A DNA stretch of 55,085 nt from Myxococcota bacterium. Its GTDB lineage: Bacteria; Myxococcota; JACRCW01. The position numbers and the translations under genes were made by a program. The stretch is taken from positions 1-55,085 of the forward strand of contig JBFMGU010000037.1 of NCBI GenBank assembly GCA_040752415.1, read 5' to 3'. The notes beneath the pieces were generated by a model. It ran no database searches, was not told where the DNA came from, and worked only from the letters and a program-made list of their open reading frames with translations. Positions 1 through 8,756 of this stretch are shown here, in pieces (positions within the stretch are counted from its first letter, which is position 1; each line of letters opens with the position of its first letter).

Positions 1-91
1 GAGGGGGAGCGGGAGGGGGAAGGCCACCGCCTGGTCCTTGCGCCACGCCGCAAACTCCTCGACGGTGCGCGCCAACCACAAGGAGGCCGGG

Positions 92-460
92 ATGAAGACC
101 TACGTGGGCGGTTGCCACTGCGGCGCGGTGCGCTTCCGCGTCAGCACCGACTCGTTGGAGGCGCTGGACTGCAACTGCAGCATCTGCACCAAGAAGGGCT
201 TCCTGCACCTCATTGTCCCCAGGGAGCGGTTCACGCTGCTGCAGGGGGCGGAGTTCCTCACCACGTACACGTTCAACACGCACGTGGCCAAGCACACCTT
301 CTGCCGGGTCTGCGGCATCCATCCCTTCTACACGCCGCGCTCCCACCCCGACGGCGTCGACGTCAACGTGCGCGCCCTGGACGGCAACGTGGTGGGTGAT
401 TTCAAGGTGGTGCCCTTCGACGGGAAGAACTGGGAGGAGAACGTGGAGCGGATCCGGTAG
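92..460 (+). CDS. GFA (CENP-V/glutathione-dependent formaldehyde-activating) family protein
   Basis: GGCHCGAVRF, CNCSIC and FCRVCG Zn-binding motifs; AGGAGG Shine-Dalgarno at 81-86 before ATG 92. Confidence 0.92.
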   Translation: MKTYVGGCHCGAVRFRVSTDSLEALDCNCSICTKKGFLHLIVPRERFTLLQGAEFLTTYTFNTHVAKHTFCRVCGIHPFYTPRSHPDGVDVNVRALDGNVVGDFKVVPFDGKNWEENVERIR

Positions 461-1510
461 TCACGCCGCGGCGTGGAACGCGTGGCCACCCAGCACGCGC
501 ACGCCCACGTTCTCCCCCGCGCGCGCGGGCGAGGGAGCGCGCACCCGCACCGCGCCCGCCTCCGTCTCCACGTCCAGGAGCCATCCCTCGCCCACGCAGG
601 CGCTCACCAGCACCCTGCCGGGCACCGCGCCCTCCACGCCGGCGCTCTCCACCCGCAGGTCCTCGGGGCGCACGCACAACGCGCAGGCCTCGCCGGGAGC
701 GCCGGTCTCCGCCAGCCGCGGTCGCACCGCCACGCCACCCACCTTCACCTGCTCGCCGTCGTAGCTGGCGCGGAGCACGTGGGTGTCGCCCAGGAAGCGC
801 GCCACCAGGAGCGTGCGTGGTGCGCGGTAGACCTCCTCGGGCGGACCCAGCTGGGCAATCCGGCCCGCGTCCATCACCGCCACGTGCGTGCCCAGGGAGA
901 GCGCTTCCGCCTGGTCATGCGTGACGTGCAGCAGCGTGATGTGGAAACGCTCGCACAGCGCGGCAATCTCGGAGCGGAGCAGGTCGCGCAGCTTGGCGTC
1001 CAGGTTGCTGAGCGGCTCGTCGGTGAGCAGCACCTGCGGCCGACCCACCAGCGCCCGCGCCAACGCCACGCGCTGCTGCTGCCCGCCGCTGAGCGCGTGC
1101 GGCGCGCGGTCCCCCAGCGACTCCAGGTGCACCAGCGCAAGCGCCTCCCGCACGCGGGTGCGCAGCTCTCCGTCGGGAACGCGGGCGCGACGCAGCGGGT
1201 AGGCCACGTTCTCGAACACGCTGAGATGCGGCCACAGCGCGTAGGACTGGAACACCATGCCCAGCCCGCGCTCCTCCGGCGGGACGTGCACGCGCTCCCG
1301 CGGCGCGCTCACCACGCGGTCGTCCAGCAGGAGGCGGCCCTCGTCGGGGCTCTCCAGGCCGGCCACCATGCGCAACGTGGTGGTCTTGCCGCACCCGGAG
1401 GCGCCCAGCAGCACGCAGCGCGCGCCGGCGGGGATGTGGAGGTCAATGCCCCGCACCACGTGGACGTTGCCGTAACGCTTGTGGATGGCTTGCAGCGTGA
1501 CCGAGGCCAC
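461..1510 (-). CDS. ABC transporter ATP-binding protein (PotA/FbpC/MalK-like, C-terminal TOBE-like region)
   Basis: Walker A GASGCGKTT, VFQSYAL Q-loop, LSGGQQQRVALARAL signature, DEPLSNLD Walker B, HVTHDQ. Confidence 0.92.
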   Translation of the reverse strand: MASVTLQAIHKRYGNVHVVRGIDLHIPAGARCVLLGASGCGKTTTLRMVAGLESPDEGRLLLDDRVVSAPRERVHVPPEERGLGMVFQSYALWPHLSVFENVAYPLRRARVPDGELRTRVREALALVHLESLGDRAPHALSGGQQQRVALARALVGRPQVLLTDEPLSNLDAKLRDLLRSEIAALCERFHITLLHVTHDQAEALSLGTHVAVMDAGRIAQLGPPEEVYRAPRTLLVARFLGDTHVLRASYDGEQVKVGGVAVRPRLAETGAPGEACALCVRPEDLRVESAGVEGAVPGRVLVSACVGEGWLLDVETEAGAVRVRAPSPARAGENVGVRVLGGHAFHAAA

Positions 1511-1516
1511 CGCGCG

Positions 1517-4500
1517 TCATTCCTCGTCGAAGAGCGCGTCGATGGAGTCCTTGAGGGACTTCTGCGGCGCGGGGGCGCCGGGACGTGCACCGGGCGCCGC
1601 CGACGGAGCCGCCCCGGGAGCCCCACCCACCCACGCCTGGGGTCCGGGCGCGGCAGGTGCGGCCGGGGCGCCACCAAGGAGCTGACCCTGCACCACCAGG
1701 GGAAGGTCGTCCTCGGGCGGGGTCGGCGGGGCGGGCGGCGGGGCGGCCGGGCCACCCAGGCCCATGGTGTCGAACAGGTCATCCACGCTGACCCGCGCGC
1801 CGGGAGGGGCAGCCATGGGCGGCGCGGCCTGCACGGGGGGCGGGGGCGGGGCCATGCCGGGTTGCGCGCCGGGCACGTCCAGCAGCACCGCTCCCACCAG
1901 CGGGGGAATGTCGTCCTCGGGCGGCTGCTGCGGCTGGGGTGCACCGCCATCCTGCCCGGCGAACGGTGAGGACTGCGCGTAGTACTTGTCCGAGTGCACC
2001 ATCAGCATCTCGGCGCCGGTGGCCAGCTCGATGGGGTCATCCGGACTGCCCCCCAGCTCGATGCCCTCCTGCGGCGCGGGGGCTCCCGGCGGAGCGCCAA
2101 AAGGCATCCCGCCCGGGACCATCCCGCCACCAAAAGGCGAGCCCGCGGGGGCTCCCAGCGGCGGTGTGCCAAAGGCCGGGCCCCCCGAGAACGGGTCGCC
2201 GCCCTGCAGCCCAGGCGGAGGCCCGAATGGATCCACGCCGCCGGTCACCGAGGGGTCGCGCACCATGGGATCCGCGGCCATGAGCGGCTGCTTCACCTCG
2301 GTGGTCAGCGCGGGAGCGCCCAGGCCACCCACCATGGCCGCGCCCACCCCCACCTCCAGGCCTGGCCCGGTGCTCTCCTCGCTGAGGAGCCCGCCGCCCT
2401 GCCCGAACAATGCGTCGCGGGAGCCGGAGTCGACCTCCACGCTGCGCTCGTAGGCAAAGGGGTCGGGCGGGGGGACGTAGGGTGCGCTGACCGGCGGCGG
2501 CGTGGCGTCCAGCGCCGGGGCCCCGAACGGCGGCACCGGGGTGGCCGGTGGGGAGGCCAGCGTTCCGCCCGGCGGGGAGCTCGCGAACGGCGGCGGCGGG
2601 AGCGTGCCCGCGGCGGCGCCGAAGGGCGGCGGCGGGAGGGTGCCCGCGGGGCCACCAAAGGGCGTGGCGGCCAGGGCCGCGGCGCTGGGCGCGCCAAACG
2701 GCGACGACGCGGGCGGCGTCACCGGGGGGAGCGTCTGCGTGGGCTTCCCCAGGCTCATGGGGATGCTGTCTTCCAACGGATCCACCGGCGGCGCGGATTG
2801 CGCGGGCGGATCCTCCAGCAGCTCGGCCAGGGACTCCGCGTTGGGATCCCCGCCCAGCGAGGCGTCGAAGTCCGGGTCGTAGGAGGCCTCCACGCGAGAG
2901 GGCGCGGGAGGTGCCAGCTCCGGGGGTGGACCGGCGGGCGGCGCTTCCACCGGAAGCATCGGCTCGGCGGGCGCGGCGATGGGCGGCACGGAGGGTTCGT
3001 CCTCCAGGCTCGCGACCTCTCCCGTGCCCACGTCGTCAAACAGGGCCTGCGCGGGGAGCGCGGCGGGCTGTCCCCAGGCATCAAACAGCGGATCGCGGTC
3101 CGCGCCCGGTTGGCCGGGCGGTGCCGTCACCGCGGAGGGAACCTCGACGGGCGCCGCCGGGGCGGGAGGAGCGTCCACCGCCGGAACAGGTGCCTCCGCG
3201 GCGGGCGCGGCCAGGTCCCACGCCGGCATCTCCGGGGCGCCGACGTCGGCCACGGGCACCTCCCCGGTGGGCTGTGGGGCCTCCATGATGAGGCTCACCG
3301 GCTCGGCGTCGAACCAGTCCGGCGTGCCCAGGGCGCGCGGCGCGGGGGGCGTGGGCGGAACGGCGGGCGCTTCCGCCGGGGGCACGGGCTCGGCGGGGAA
3401 TTCGTCGAACAGGCCCGCCTCTGCCAGGCCACTGGGCGCGGGTGCGGGCGCCAGCCCCGCCAACGGATCCGCGGGGACCGGTGCGGCGGGTTGGGGCGCT
3501 GCAGCCGCATCCCACGACGGAGCTGGCGCCTCCCCCGGCACGGGCGTGGCCGGTACGTTGTCCCAACCGCCCATGGGGTCCGCGGGGACGGGCGCGGCGG
3601 CCGGGAGTGCGCCGGTCTCGCCGGGAACGGGGGTCACGGGGACGGTGTCCCAGCCCGCCAGCGGATTGGCCGGCTCGGCCGCGGCCGCTCCCTCCACCGC
3701 CACGGGCGCCTCCAGCCCGGCGAGCGGATCCACAGGAGCAGGCGGCGCATCCAGCCCGGCGAGTGGATCCATGGGGGCCGCTTCGGGCGCATCCAGGCCG
3801 GCCAGCGGGTCGGTTGGCGCTTCCAGGCCCGCGAGCGGATCCACCGGCGCCGCCACGGGGTCCACCAGTCCGGCCAGGGGGTCGCTGGGGGCGTCCAGCC
3901 CCGCGAGCGGATCCGCCGGTGCCGCGGCTGCGTCCAGTGCCGCCAGCGGGTCGATGGGGGCTTCGGGCGGTGCGTCGAAACCGGCGGGGGCCGCGACCGG
4001 GTCATCCAGGCCGGCGAGCGGGTCCGCGGGCGCGTCGAAACCGGCGAGCGCGTCGGCGGGCGCAGCGACGGGCGCGTCGAGGCCGGCGAGGGGGTCGGCG
4101 GGTGCGTCGAGGCCCGCGAGCGGGTCCGCGGGTGCGTCGAGACCGGCCAGCGGGTCGGCCGGCGCGGCGACGGGCGGGTCGAGACCGGCGAGCGGGTCGA
4201 CAGGCGCGGCAAGCTCGGTGGAAGCGCCGGGCGCCGCAGCGACGGGAGCGGGCTCCAGGCCGGCGAGCGGCTCGGCGGGAGCGGTTTCCTCCAGGCCAGC
4301 GAGCGGATCGGCAGGTGCTTCGACGGGCGCGGGCCCGGTCTCCTCCGACGGGATCTCCCAGCCCGGGGGGCCGTCCAGCATGGCGGAGGCGGCGTCCCAT
4401 CCCGCCAGCGGGTCGGCGGGCGCCCCGGGCGCGGCGGCCGTTTCCAACGGGGCGGGCGCGCCTGGCAGCGCGTCGAATCCCGGCGTATCCGTCGCTGGTA

Positions 4501-5191
4501 CCTCGGCCGGCGCGGGCGTCTCCGTCGCCACCGGCGCGCTTGCCGACGCGTCCCAGCCCTCCAGCCCCGCCGGCGCCGACGCCGCGGGAGCCTCCAGGCC
4601 GGCCAGGGGGTCGTCGGGCACCACGTCGGTGGGACTGGATTCCAGCCCGGCCAGCGGGTCCGCAGCGGCGGACGGCGCGGGCATCGGCGGAAGGGAGTGC
4701 TCCAGCGCCTCCGCGCCCAGCGCCGCCAGCGGGTCTTCCGGCGTCACCGCCGCGCCCGACGTGGCCAGCGCGCCATCCAGCGCGTCCGGGGGCGTGGGGG
4801 TGAAGGGCGGCTCCTCGAACTCCACCGTGGCGGCGGGCGCGGGCTCCGGGGGCGCCTCCATTCCCGCGGGCGTGGTGTCCACCCCCAAGGACTCCAGCTC
4901 CTGTCGCAGCGCCTGCAGCTCCGCCAGCGCGTCCTCACCCACGTTGTCCAGGCGGATGCGCATGGCGTGGGGCGCGCGCGCGCCCTCCACCACCTCGCCG
5001 TCCAGGCCCACGCGGCTGCCCGCGGGCTTGCTCAGGAACTCCAGGAAGATGCGCGTGCCCGCAGGCAGGGGCCGGTGGGTCCACAGCTCCAGGCTGGTGT
5101 CATCCACCCACGCCAGCTCGTCCTCGCGAGCACTCTGCAGGGACTCGTGCCACACACGGGGACGGCTGCGCGGAGCGGAGGATTGCACCAT
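1517..5191 (-). CDS. Large acidic Pro/Ala-rich low-complexity protein with N-terminal PilZ-like domain and DPLAGL(D/E) repeats
   Basis: Uninterrupted ORF of about 1220 aa. N-terminal ~100 aa (RSRPR...PLPAGTRIFLEF...LDGEVV...MRIRL) resembles myxobacterial PilZ domains. Start chosen at ATG 5191; the ORF is open to 5245. Confidence 0.75.
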   Translation of the reverse strand: MVQSSAPRSRPRVWHESLQSAREDELAWVDDTSLELWTHRPLPAGTRIFLEFLSKPAGSRVGLDGEVVEGARAPHAMRIRLDNVGEDALAELQALRQELESLGVDTTPAGMEAPPEPAPAATVEFEEPPFTPTPPDALDGALATSGAAVTPEDPLAALGAEALEHSLPPMPAPSAAADPLAGLESSPTDVVPDDPLAGLEAPAASAPAGLEGWDASASAPVATETPAPAEVPATDTPGFDALPGAPAPLETAAAPGAPADPLAGWDAASAMLDGPPGWEIPSEETGPAPVEAPADPLAGLEETAPAEPLAGLEPAPVAAAPGASTELAAPVDPLAGLDPPVAAPADPLAGLDAPADPLAGLDAPADPLAGLDAPVAAPADALAGFDAPADPLAGLDDPVAAPAGFDAPPEAPIDPLAALDAAAAPADPLAGLDAPSDPLAGLVDPVAAPVDPLAGLEAPTDPLAGLDAPEAAPMDPLAGLDAPPAPVDPLAGLEAPVAVEGAAAAEPANPLAGWDTVPVTPVPGETGALPAAAPVPADPMGGWDNVPATPVPGEAPAPSWDAAAAPQPAAPVPADPLAGLAPAPAPSGLAEAGLFDEFPAEPVPPAEAPAVPPTPPAPRALGTPDWFDAEPVSLIMEAPQPTGEVPVADVGAPEMPAWDLAAPAAEAPVPAVDAPPAPAAPVEVPSAVTAPPGQPGADRDPLFDAWGQPAALPAQALFDDVGTGEVASLEDEPSVPPIAAPAEPMLPVEAPPAGPPPELAPPAPSRVEASYDPDFDASLGGDPNAESLAELLEDPPAQSAPPVDPLEDSIPMSLGKPTQTLPPVTPPASSPFGAPSAAALAATPFGGPAGTLPPPPFGAAAGTLPPPPFASSPPGGTLASPPATPVPPFGAPALDATPPPVSAPYVPPPDPFAYERSVEVDSGSRDALFGQGGGLLSEESTGPGLEVGVGAAMVGGLGAPALTTEVKQPLMAADPMVRDPSVTGGVDPFGPPPGLQGGDPFSGGPAFGTPPLGAPAGSPFGGGMVPGGMPFGAPPGAPAPQEGIELGGSPDDPIELATGAEMLMVHSDKYYAQSSPFAGQDGGAPQPQQPPEDDIPPLVGAVLLDVPGAQPGMAPPPPPVQAAPPMAAPPGARVSVDDLFDTMGLGGPAAPPPAPPTPPEDDLPLVVQGQLLGGAPAAPAAPGPQAWVGGAPGAAPSAAPGARPGAPAPQKSLKDSIDALFDEE
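3650..4760 (-). repeat. Coding tandem repeats, (A/V)DPLAGL(D/E)AP units of 10-14 aa; near-identical 30-bp units around 4020-4200
   Basis: About 20 DPLA(G/A)(L/W/F)(D/E) motifs visible in translation; DNA units such as ggccggcgagggggtcggcgggtgcgtcga. Confidence 0.85.
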
Positions 5192-5376
5192 GAATGCCCT
5201 GGCGATTCCGGAAACGCCTTTCAGGTCCCGGAGCCAGGCGTCCAACAGGGCGCCCGGACCGCCGCGGAAGTCGTGCTGTTCATGCCATGCTCCTGCGGCC
5301 CACCCGAGAGAACCACCCCCCTATAGCAGTGGCCAGGAAATGGCCGCAAACATCTCCGCTGCGTAGGAATCCCCGC

Positions 5377-5586
5377 ATGAGCCCCGTCCAAGCGCCCAAA
5401 TGTCCGAAGTGCGGCGGCCCGGCCACGCCCAAGACGCCGTACTCCCCCTTCTGCTCCAAGCGCTGCCAGCTCGCCGACCTCGACGTGTGGCTGAAGGAGG
5501 GCTACCGCGTCCCGGCGGCGCCGTCGCTGGAGGAGGAGGAAGGCGACCCCCAGCCCAACATGAACGGCCCGCTGGAGGAAAGCTGA
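5377..5586 (+). CDS. yacG: DNA gyrase inhibitor YacG
   Basis: CPKC...PFCSKRCQLADLDVWLKEGYRVP motif with acidic tail. Confidence 0.92.
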   Translation: MSPVQAPKCPKCGGPATPKTPYSPFCSKRCQLADLDVWLKEGYRVPAAPSLEEEEGDPQPNMNGPLEES

Positions 5587-5622
5587 AGCTCCAAGGCGTG
5601 GCCTTCTGCTAGAGTGCCCGGC

Positions 5623-6630
5623 GTGAACCGCACCGCACTCGTCGCTCTCACGCTCCTGTCCACGGCCGCGCTTGCCGCCACCACGCCGCGCGCCCGTCCC
5701 ACGCTGCAACGCGCCGCCACCCAGGTGGGGCTGGTGTTTGACGTCGGCGGTCGGGGGGACCGCGGTTTCAAGGACGCCGCCGACCAGGGCCTGATGCGCG
5801 CCGCCTCCGAGCTGGGCGTCAAGGCCACCGTGGTGGAGCCCCGCACCGACGCCGTGGGCGCCCTGCGCAGGATCGTGGCCGAGAAGCCGGCGCTCGCGGT
5901 GGGCGTGGGATTCACCTTCTCCGAGCCCATGCACGCACTGGCCCGCGAGTTCCCCGGGCAGTCGCTGGTGTGCGTGGACTACGCGCCGGTGGACGGACAG
6001 GCCATGCCGCCGGGGCTGCTGGGCATCCGCTTCAAGGAGCAGGAGGGCAGCTTCCTCGTCGGGGCGCTGGCCGCGCTGGTGAGCAAGGGGAACAAGCTGG
6101 GCTTCGTGGGCGGCATGGACGTGCCGGTGATCCGTCGCTTCCAGGCGGGCTTCCTGGCCGGCGCGCGTCACGTCCGTCCCGACGTGGAGGTGAAGACCGT
6201 CTACGTGGCCAAGGGCCCGGAGGGATTTGCCAGCCCGGGGCTGGGCAAGTCGCAGGCGTTGGCGCTGTATGACCAGGGGGTGGAGATCATCTTCCACGCC
6301 TCGGGGGCCACGGGGCTGGGTGTGTTCGAGGCGGCCAAGGAGCGCGGCAAGCTGGTGATTGGCGTGGATGCCGACCAGTGGTCCGCCGCGCCCGGTCACG
6401 TGCTCACCAGCATGGTCAAGCGCGTGGACACCGCCGTCTACGACGCCATCAAGCGCGTGCAGGACGGCACTTTCAAGGGCGGGGTGGTGGACCTGGACCT
6501 GAAGAGCGGCGGCGTGGACTACGTGTACAACGAGAACAACCGGAAGCTCATCCCCGACGACGTGCGCGCCCGCGTGGAAGCGCTGCGCGGCGAGATCGTG
6601 GCGGGGAAGATCGTGGTGCCGGCGCAGTGA
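5623..6630 (+). CDS. BMP family (basic membrane protein/PnrA-like) ABC substrate-binding protein
   Basis: DVGGRGDRGF, FKEQEGSFLVG, GFVGGMDVPVI, IGVDADQ and LTSMVKRVD motifs; N-terminal signal peptide; GTG 5623 chosen (ORF open from 5614). Confidence 0.9.
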   Translation: MNRTALVALTLLSTAALAATTPRARPTLQRAATQVGLVFDVGGRGDRGFKDAADQGLMRAASELGVKATVVEPRTDAVGALRRIVAEKPALAVGVGFTFSEPMHALAREFPGQSLVCVDYAPVDGQAMPPGLLGIRFKEQEGSFLVGALAALVSKGNKLGFVGGMDVPVIRRFQAGFLAGARHVRPDVEVKTVYVAKGPEGFASPGLGKSQALALYDQGVEIIFHASGATGLGVFEAAKERGKLVIGVDADQWSAAPGHVLTSMVKRVDTAVYDAIKRVQDGTFKGGVVDLDLKSGGVDYVYNENNRKLIPDDVRARVEALRGEIVAGKIVVPAQ

Positions 6631-7401
6631 TCACTGGCGCTGTGCGAAGTAGCCCGCCACCTCGTCGGCCAGCGCTTCCGACACCGGGACCAGGATCTCG
6701 TTGGCCAGCTCCTTGCGGGCTGCGTCGCTGAGCGGGCCGGTCTTCCCGGCGGCGGCGCCCACGCGCGTGGCGAAGCGCAGCTGGTGGCCGGGCAGCTCCT
6801 GCACCGTGGCGGTGACCACCACCTCCAGCACCGTCTCCGCGCCCTCCTTCTTCTCCGCCACCTTCTGCACGTTGAACTGGACCAGGTAGCCGGCGCCGTC
6901 GGGGTCACCCAGCTGCAACGCCTTGGAGCGGCCCAGCTGCGCGCGCGCCTTCTCGCCGAGGAGAGCGTCCAGCCCGGCAATTCCCACGCCGCTCTTGTCC
7001 ACCGCCTGCACCTGCACCACGGGCGGACCCCGCATCCCCGGCGTGGCGTTCTTCAGTGCGGCCGCGGCTTCCCGGGCCCGCGCGGCCACCAGGGGGCTCG
7101 CGTCCTTGCTGGCTTCCTCCAGCGCCGGAATGGCCTCGGGGTTGCCCATGGCCTCCAGCGCCTCGCACGCGGCCCAGCGCACCGTGGCGTCCTTGTCCTT
7201 CAACGCCGCCAGCACCGCCTGGAACGCCTCCGGCTCCTTGCTGCGCGAGAGCAGCGCCAGCGCGTCAATGCGCGCCTGGAACGTGCCGCTCTTCAGCGCG
7301 CTCAGCGCCTTCTTCTGGTTCTTGTCCGCCGCATGCGCGCTCCCCGCCAACGCCAGGCAGAGCGCACCGGTCATCACTCGTCCACGCCAACGCCCACGCA
7401 T
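6631..7401 (-). CDS. Secreted HEAT-repeat protein
   Basis: Signal peptide (ALCLALAGSAHA); HEAT repeats LKDKDATVRWAACEALEAMG and SKDASPLVAARAREA; GAGG before ATG 7401. Confidence 0.75.
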   Translation of the reverse strand: MRGRWRGRVMTGALCLALAGSAHAADKNQKKALSALKSGTFQARIDALALLSRSKEPEAFQAVLAALKDKDATVRWAACEALEAMGNPEAIPALEEASKDASPLVAARAREAAAALKNATPGMRGPPVVQVQAVDKSGVGIAGLDALLGEKARAQLGRSKALQLGDPDGAGYLVQFNVQKVAEKKEGAETVLEVVVTATVQELPGHQLRFATRVGAAAGKTGPLSDAARKELANEILVPVSEALADEVAGYFAQRQ

Positions 7402-7438
7402 GGTGGTCCTCTTAGCACAGCGTCCGCCGGATTCCGCC

Positions 7439-8749
7439 TCACTCATCCACGACATCCGAGCGCTCCGTCAGGAACAACGCCGTCACCGCGCCCAGGGCGC
7501 CCGCCGCGTAGGGCAGTCCCGCCGTGGCCAGCAGGGTGAAGGCCACCACGCGCTGCAGGGCGTAGATCGCCTCGAAGGTGTCGGGCGCCAGCGCGACGGT
7601 GGGGCCCAACACGGCGTCGCTGGGCCAGAGGCGGAAGCAGGGAATCACCACCGCGCAATAACAGGCCGGCGCGCCCAGCGCGGCAAAGCCCCCCAGCGCC
7701 GCCAGCACCGCCGCCGCGCGGTGGCCCGCTCCCGGTCGCGCCGCCTCGCGCACCTCCAGCTCGTCGCGACAGCACCCCTGCGCGGACACCGGCACCCGGC
7801 CACGGTCCTGCGCGTCGACGAGGGCAAGCGCCAGCGCACCGGCTCCCGCGGCGTGCGCCGCCACCAACAGCGGCAGGGGCAGCAGCAGGGCCGTCACCGC
7901 CATCAGCCACGGGTAGGGGACCCTGCCCTGGTCATCCATGCGCGACCTGGGAGGCACCACGCTGGGCGCCACCACGTCGTCCCACTCCCGGCTCACGATC
8001 TGCGGCGTCACCGTGGTGTACAGGGTCTGCGTGCTGCCGAAGACCCCCGCCCACAGGATGAACGTCATCCCGCCCGCGAGCAGAAGCCCGCCCTCGGCCA
8101 ACGCCAGCAGCTGCGACTCGCGGTTGTGCCTGATGATGACGTCGGTCCACAGCGCGGCCACGTCACGCTCGGGGTCCCGCGCGGCGGCCTCCTTGAGCAG
8201 CTGCAGTCCTCGCTCGTCGGTGCCCAACCGCTCACGGGCCTTGGGATCCGCCAGGGAGAGCGAGCTGCCCGCCGAGAGATGACGCGCCACCGGCTCCACC
8301 GACTGCAGCAGTCCGTCGAGGGAGCGCGCGCGCACCGCGGACCGTCGTCGTGCCTGCGCGCCGCGGCGTTCCACCAGCGTGCATTGCAGGGACCACAAAC
8401 CCTCCACCTGCCCCAGCTGGGACACCACCGCCAGCTCGGCGCCCAGCGCGTCGCCCACCTCCGCCACGCAGTTGGTGGCGTCGCAGCCGGCCAGCTCCGA
8501 GCGTGCTTCTGCGCTGAGGAGCGCCGCCAGCTCCGTGCGGCCCAGCACCTCCATCCCGGAATGTCGCGCCATGGCCGAGGTGAGGGAGCGCTCCAGCCCG
8601 CGCGCCACCGTGACGGTCTCGTCGTTGGCCGGGCCCACCACCTGCACGGGCAGCACCAGCAGCCGTGCGCGCTGCGACGTGGGCGCGGCGGCCCCCTCCG
8701 GCGCGGCCTGCGCGGAAATCCAGCCCGTGAGCACCAGCCAAGCCAGCAT
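7439..8749 (-). CDS. Membrane protein with N-terminal CsgG/TolB-N/DUF2380-like alpha/beta domain
   Basis: Signal peptide; LLVLPV...GCDATNCVAEVGDALGAELAVVSQLGQV; several C-terminal TM helices; paralog of the adjacent gene. Confidence 0.7.
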   Translation of the reverse strand: MLAWLVLTGWISAQAAPEGAAAPTSQRARLLVLPVQVVGPANDETVTVARGLERSLTSAMARHSGMEVLGRTELAALLSAEARSELAGCDATNCVAEVGDALGAELAVVSQLGQVEGLWSLQCTLVERRGAQARRRSAVRARSLDGLLQSVEPVARHLSAGSSLSLADPKARERLGTDERGLQLLKEAAARDPERDVAALWTDVIIRHNRESQLLALAEGGLLLAGGMTFILWAGVFGSTQTLYTTVTPQIVSREWDDVVAPSVVPPRSRMDDQGRVPYPWLMAVTALLLPLPLLVAAHAAGAGALALALVDAQDRGRVPVSAQGCCRDELEVREAARPGAGHRAAAVLAALGGFAALGAPACYCAVVIPCFRLWPSDAVLGPTVALAPDTFEAIYALQRVVAFTLLATAGLPYAAGALGAVTALFLTERSDVVDE

Positions 8750-8756
8750 GTTGCCC

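Noticed and set aside
3650..4760. Possible CRISPR array (periodic ~30-40 bp repeats)
   Set aside because: Repeats are degenerate at third codon positions, in-frame and lack unique spacers; no cas genes
1994..5366. Long + strand ORFs (1110 aa and 795 aa)
   Set aside because: Antisense shadows of the GC-rich repetitive gene; no recognisable motifs
461..6630. ABC ATPase and BMP binding protein as one transport system
   Set aside because: Opposite strands, separated by unrelated genes, different transporter subfamilies, and no permease in the window
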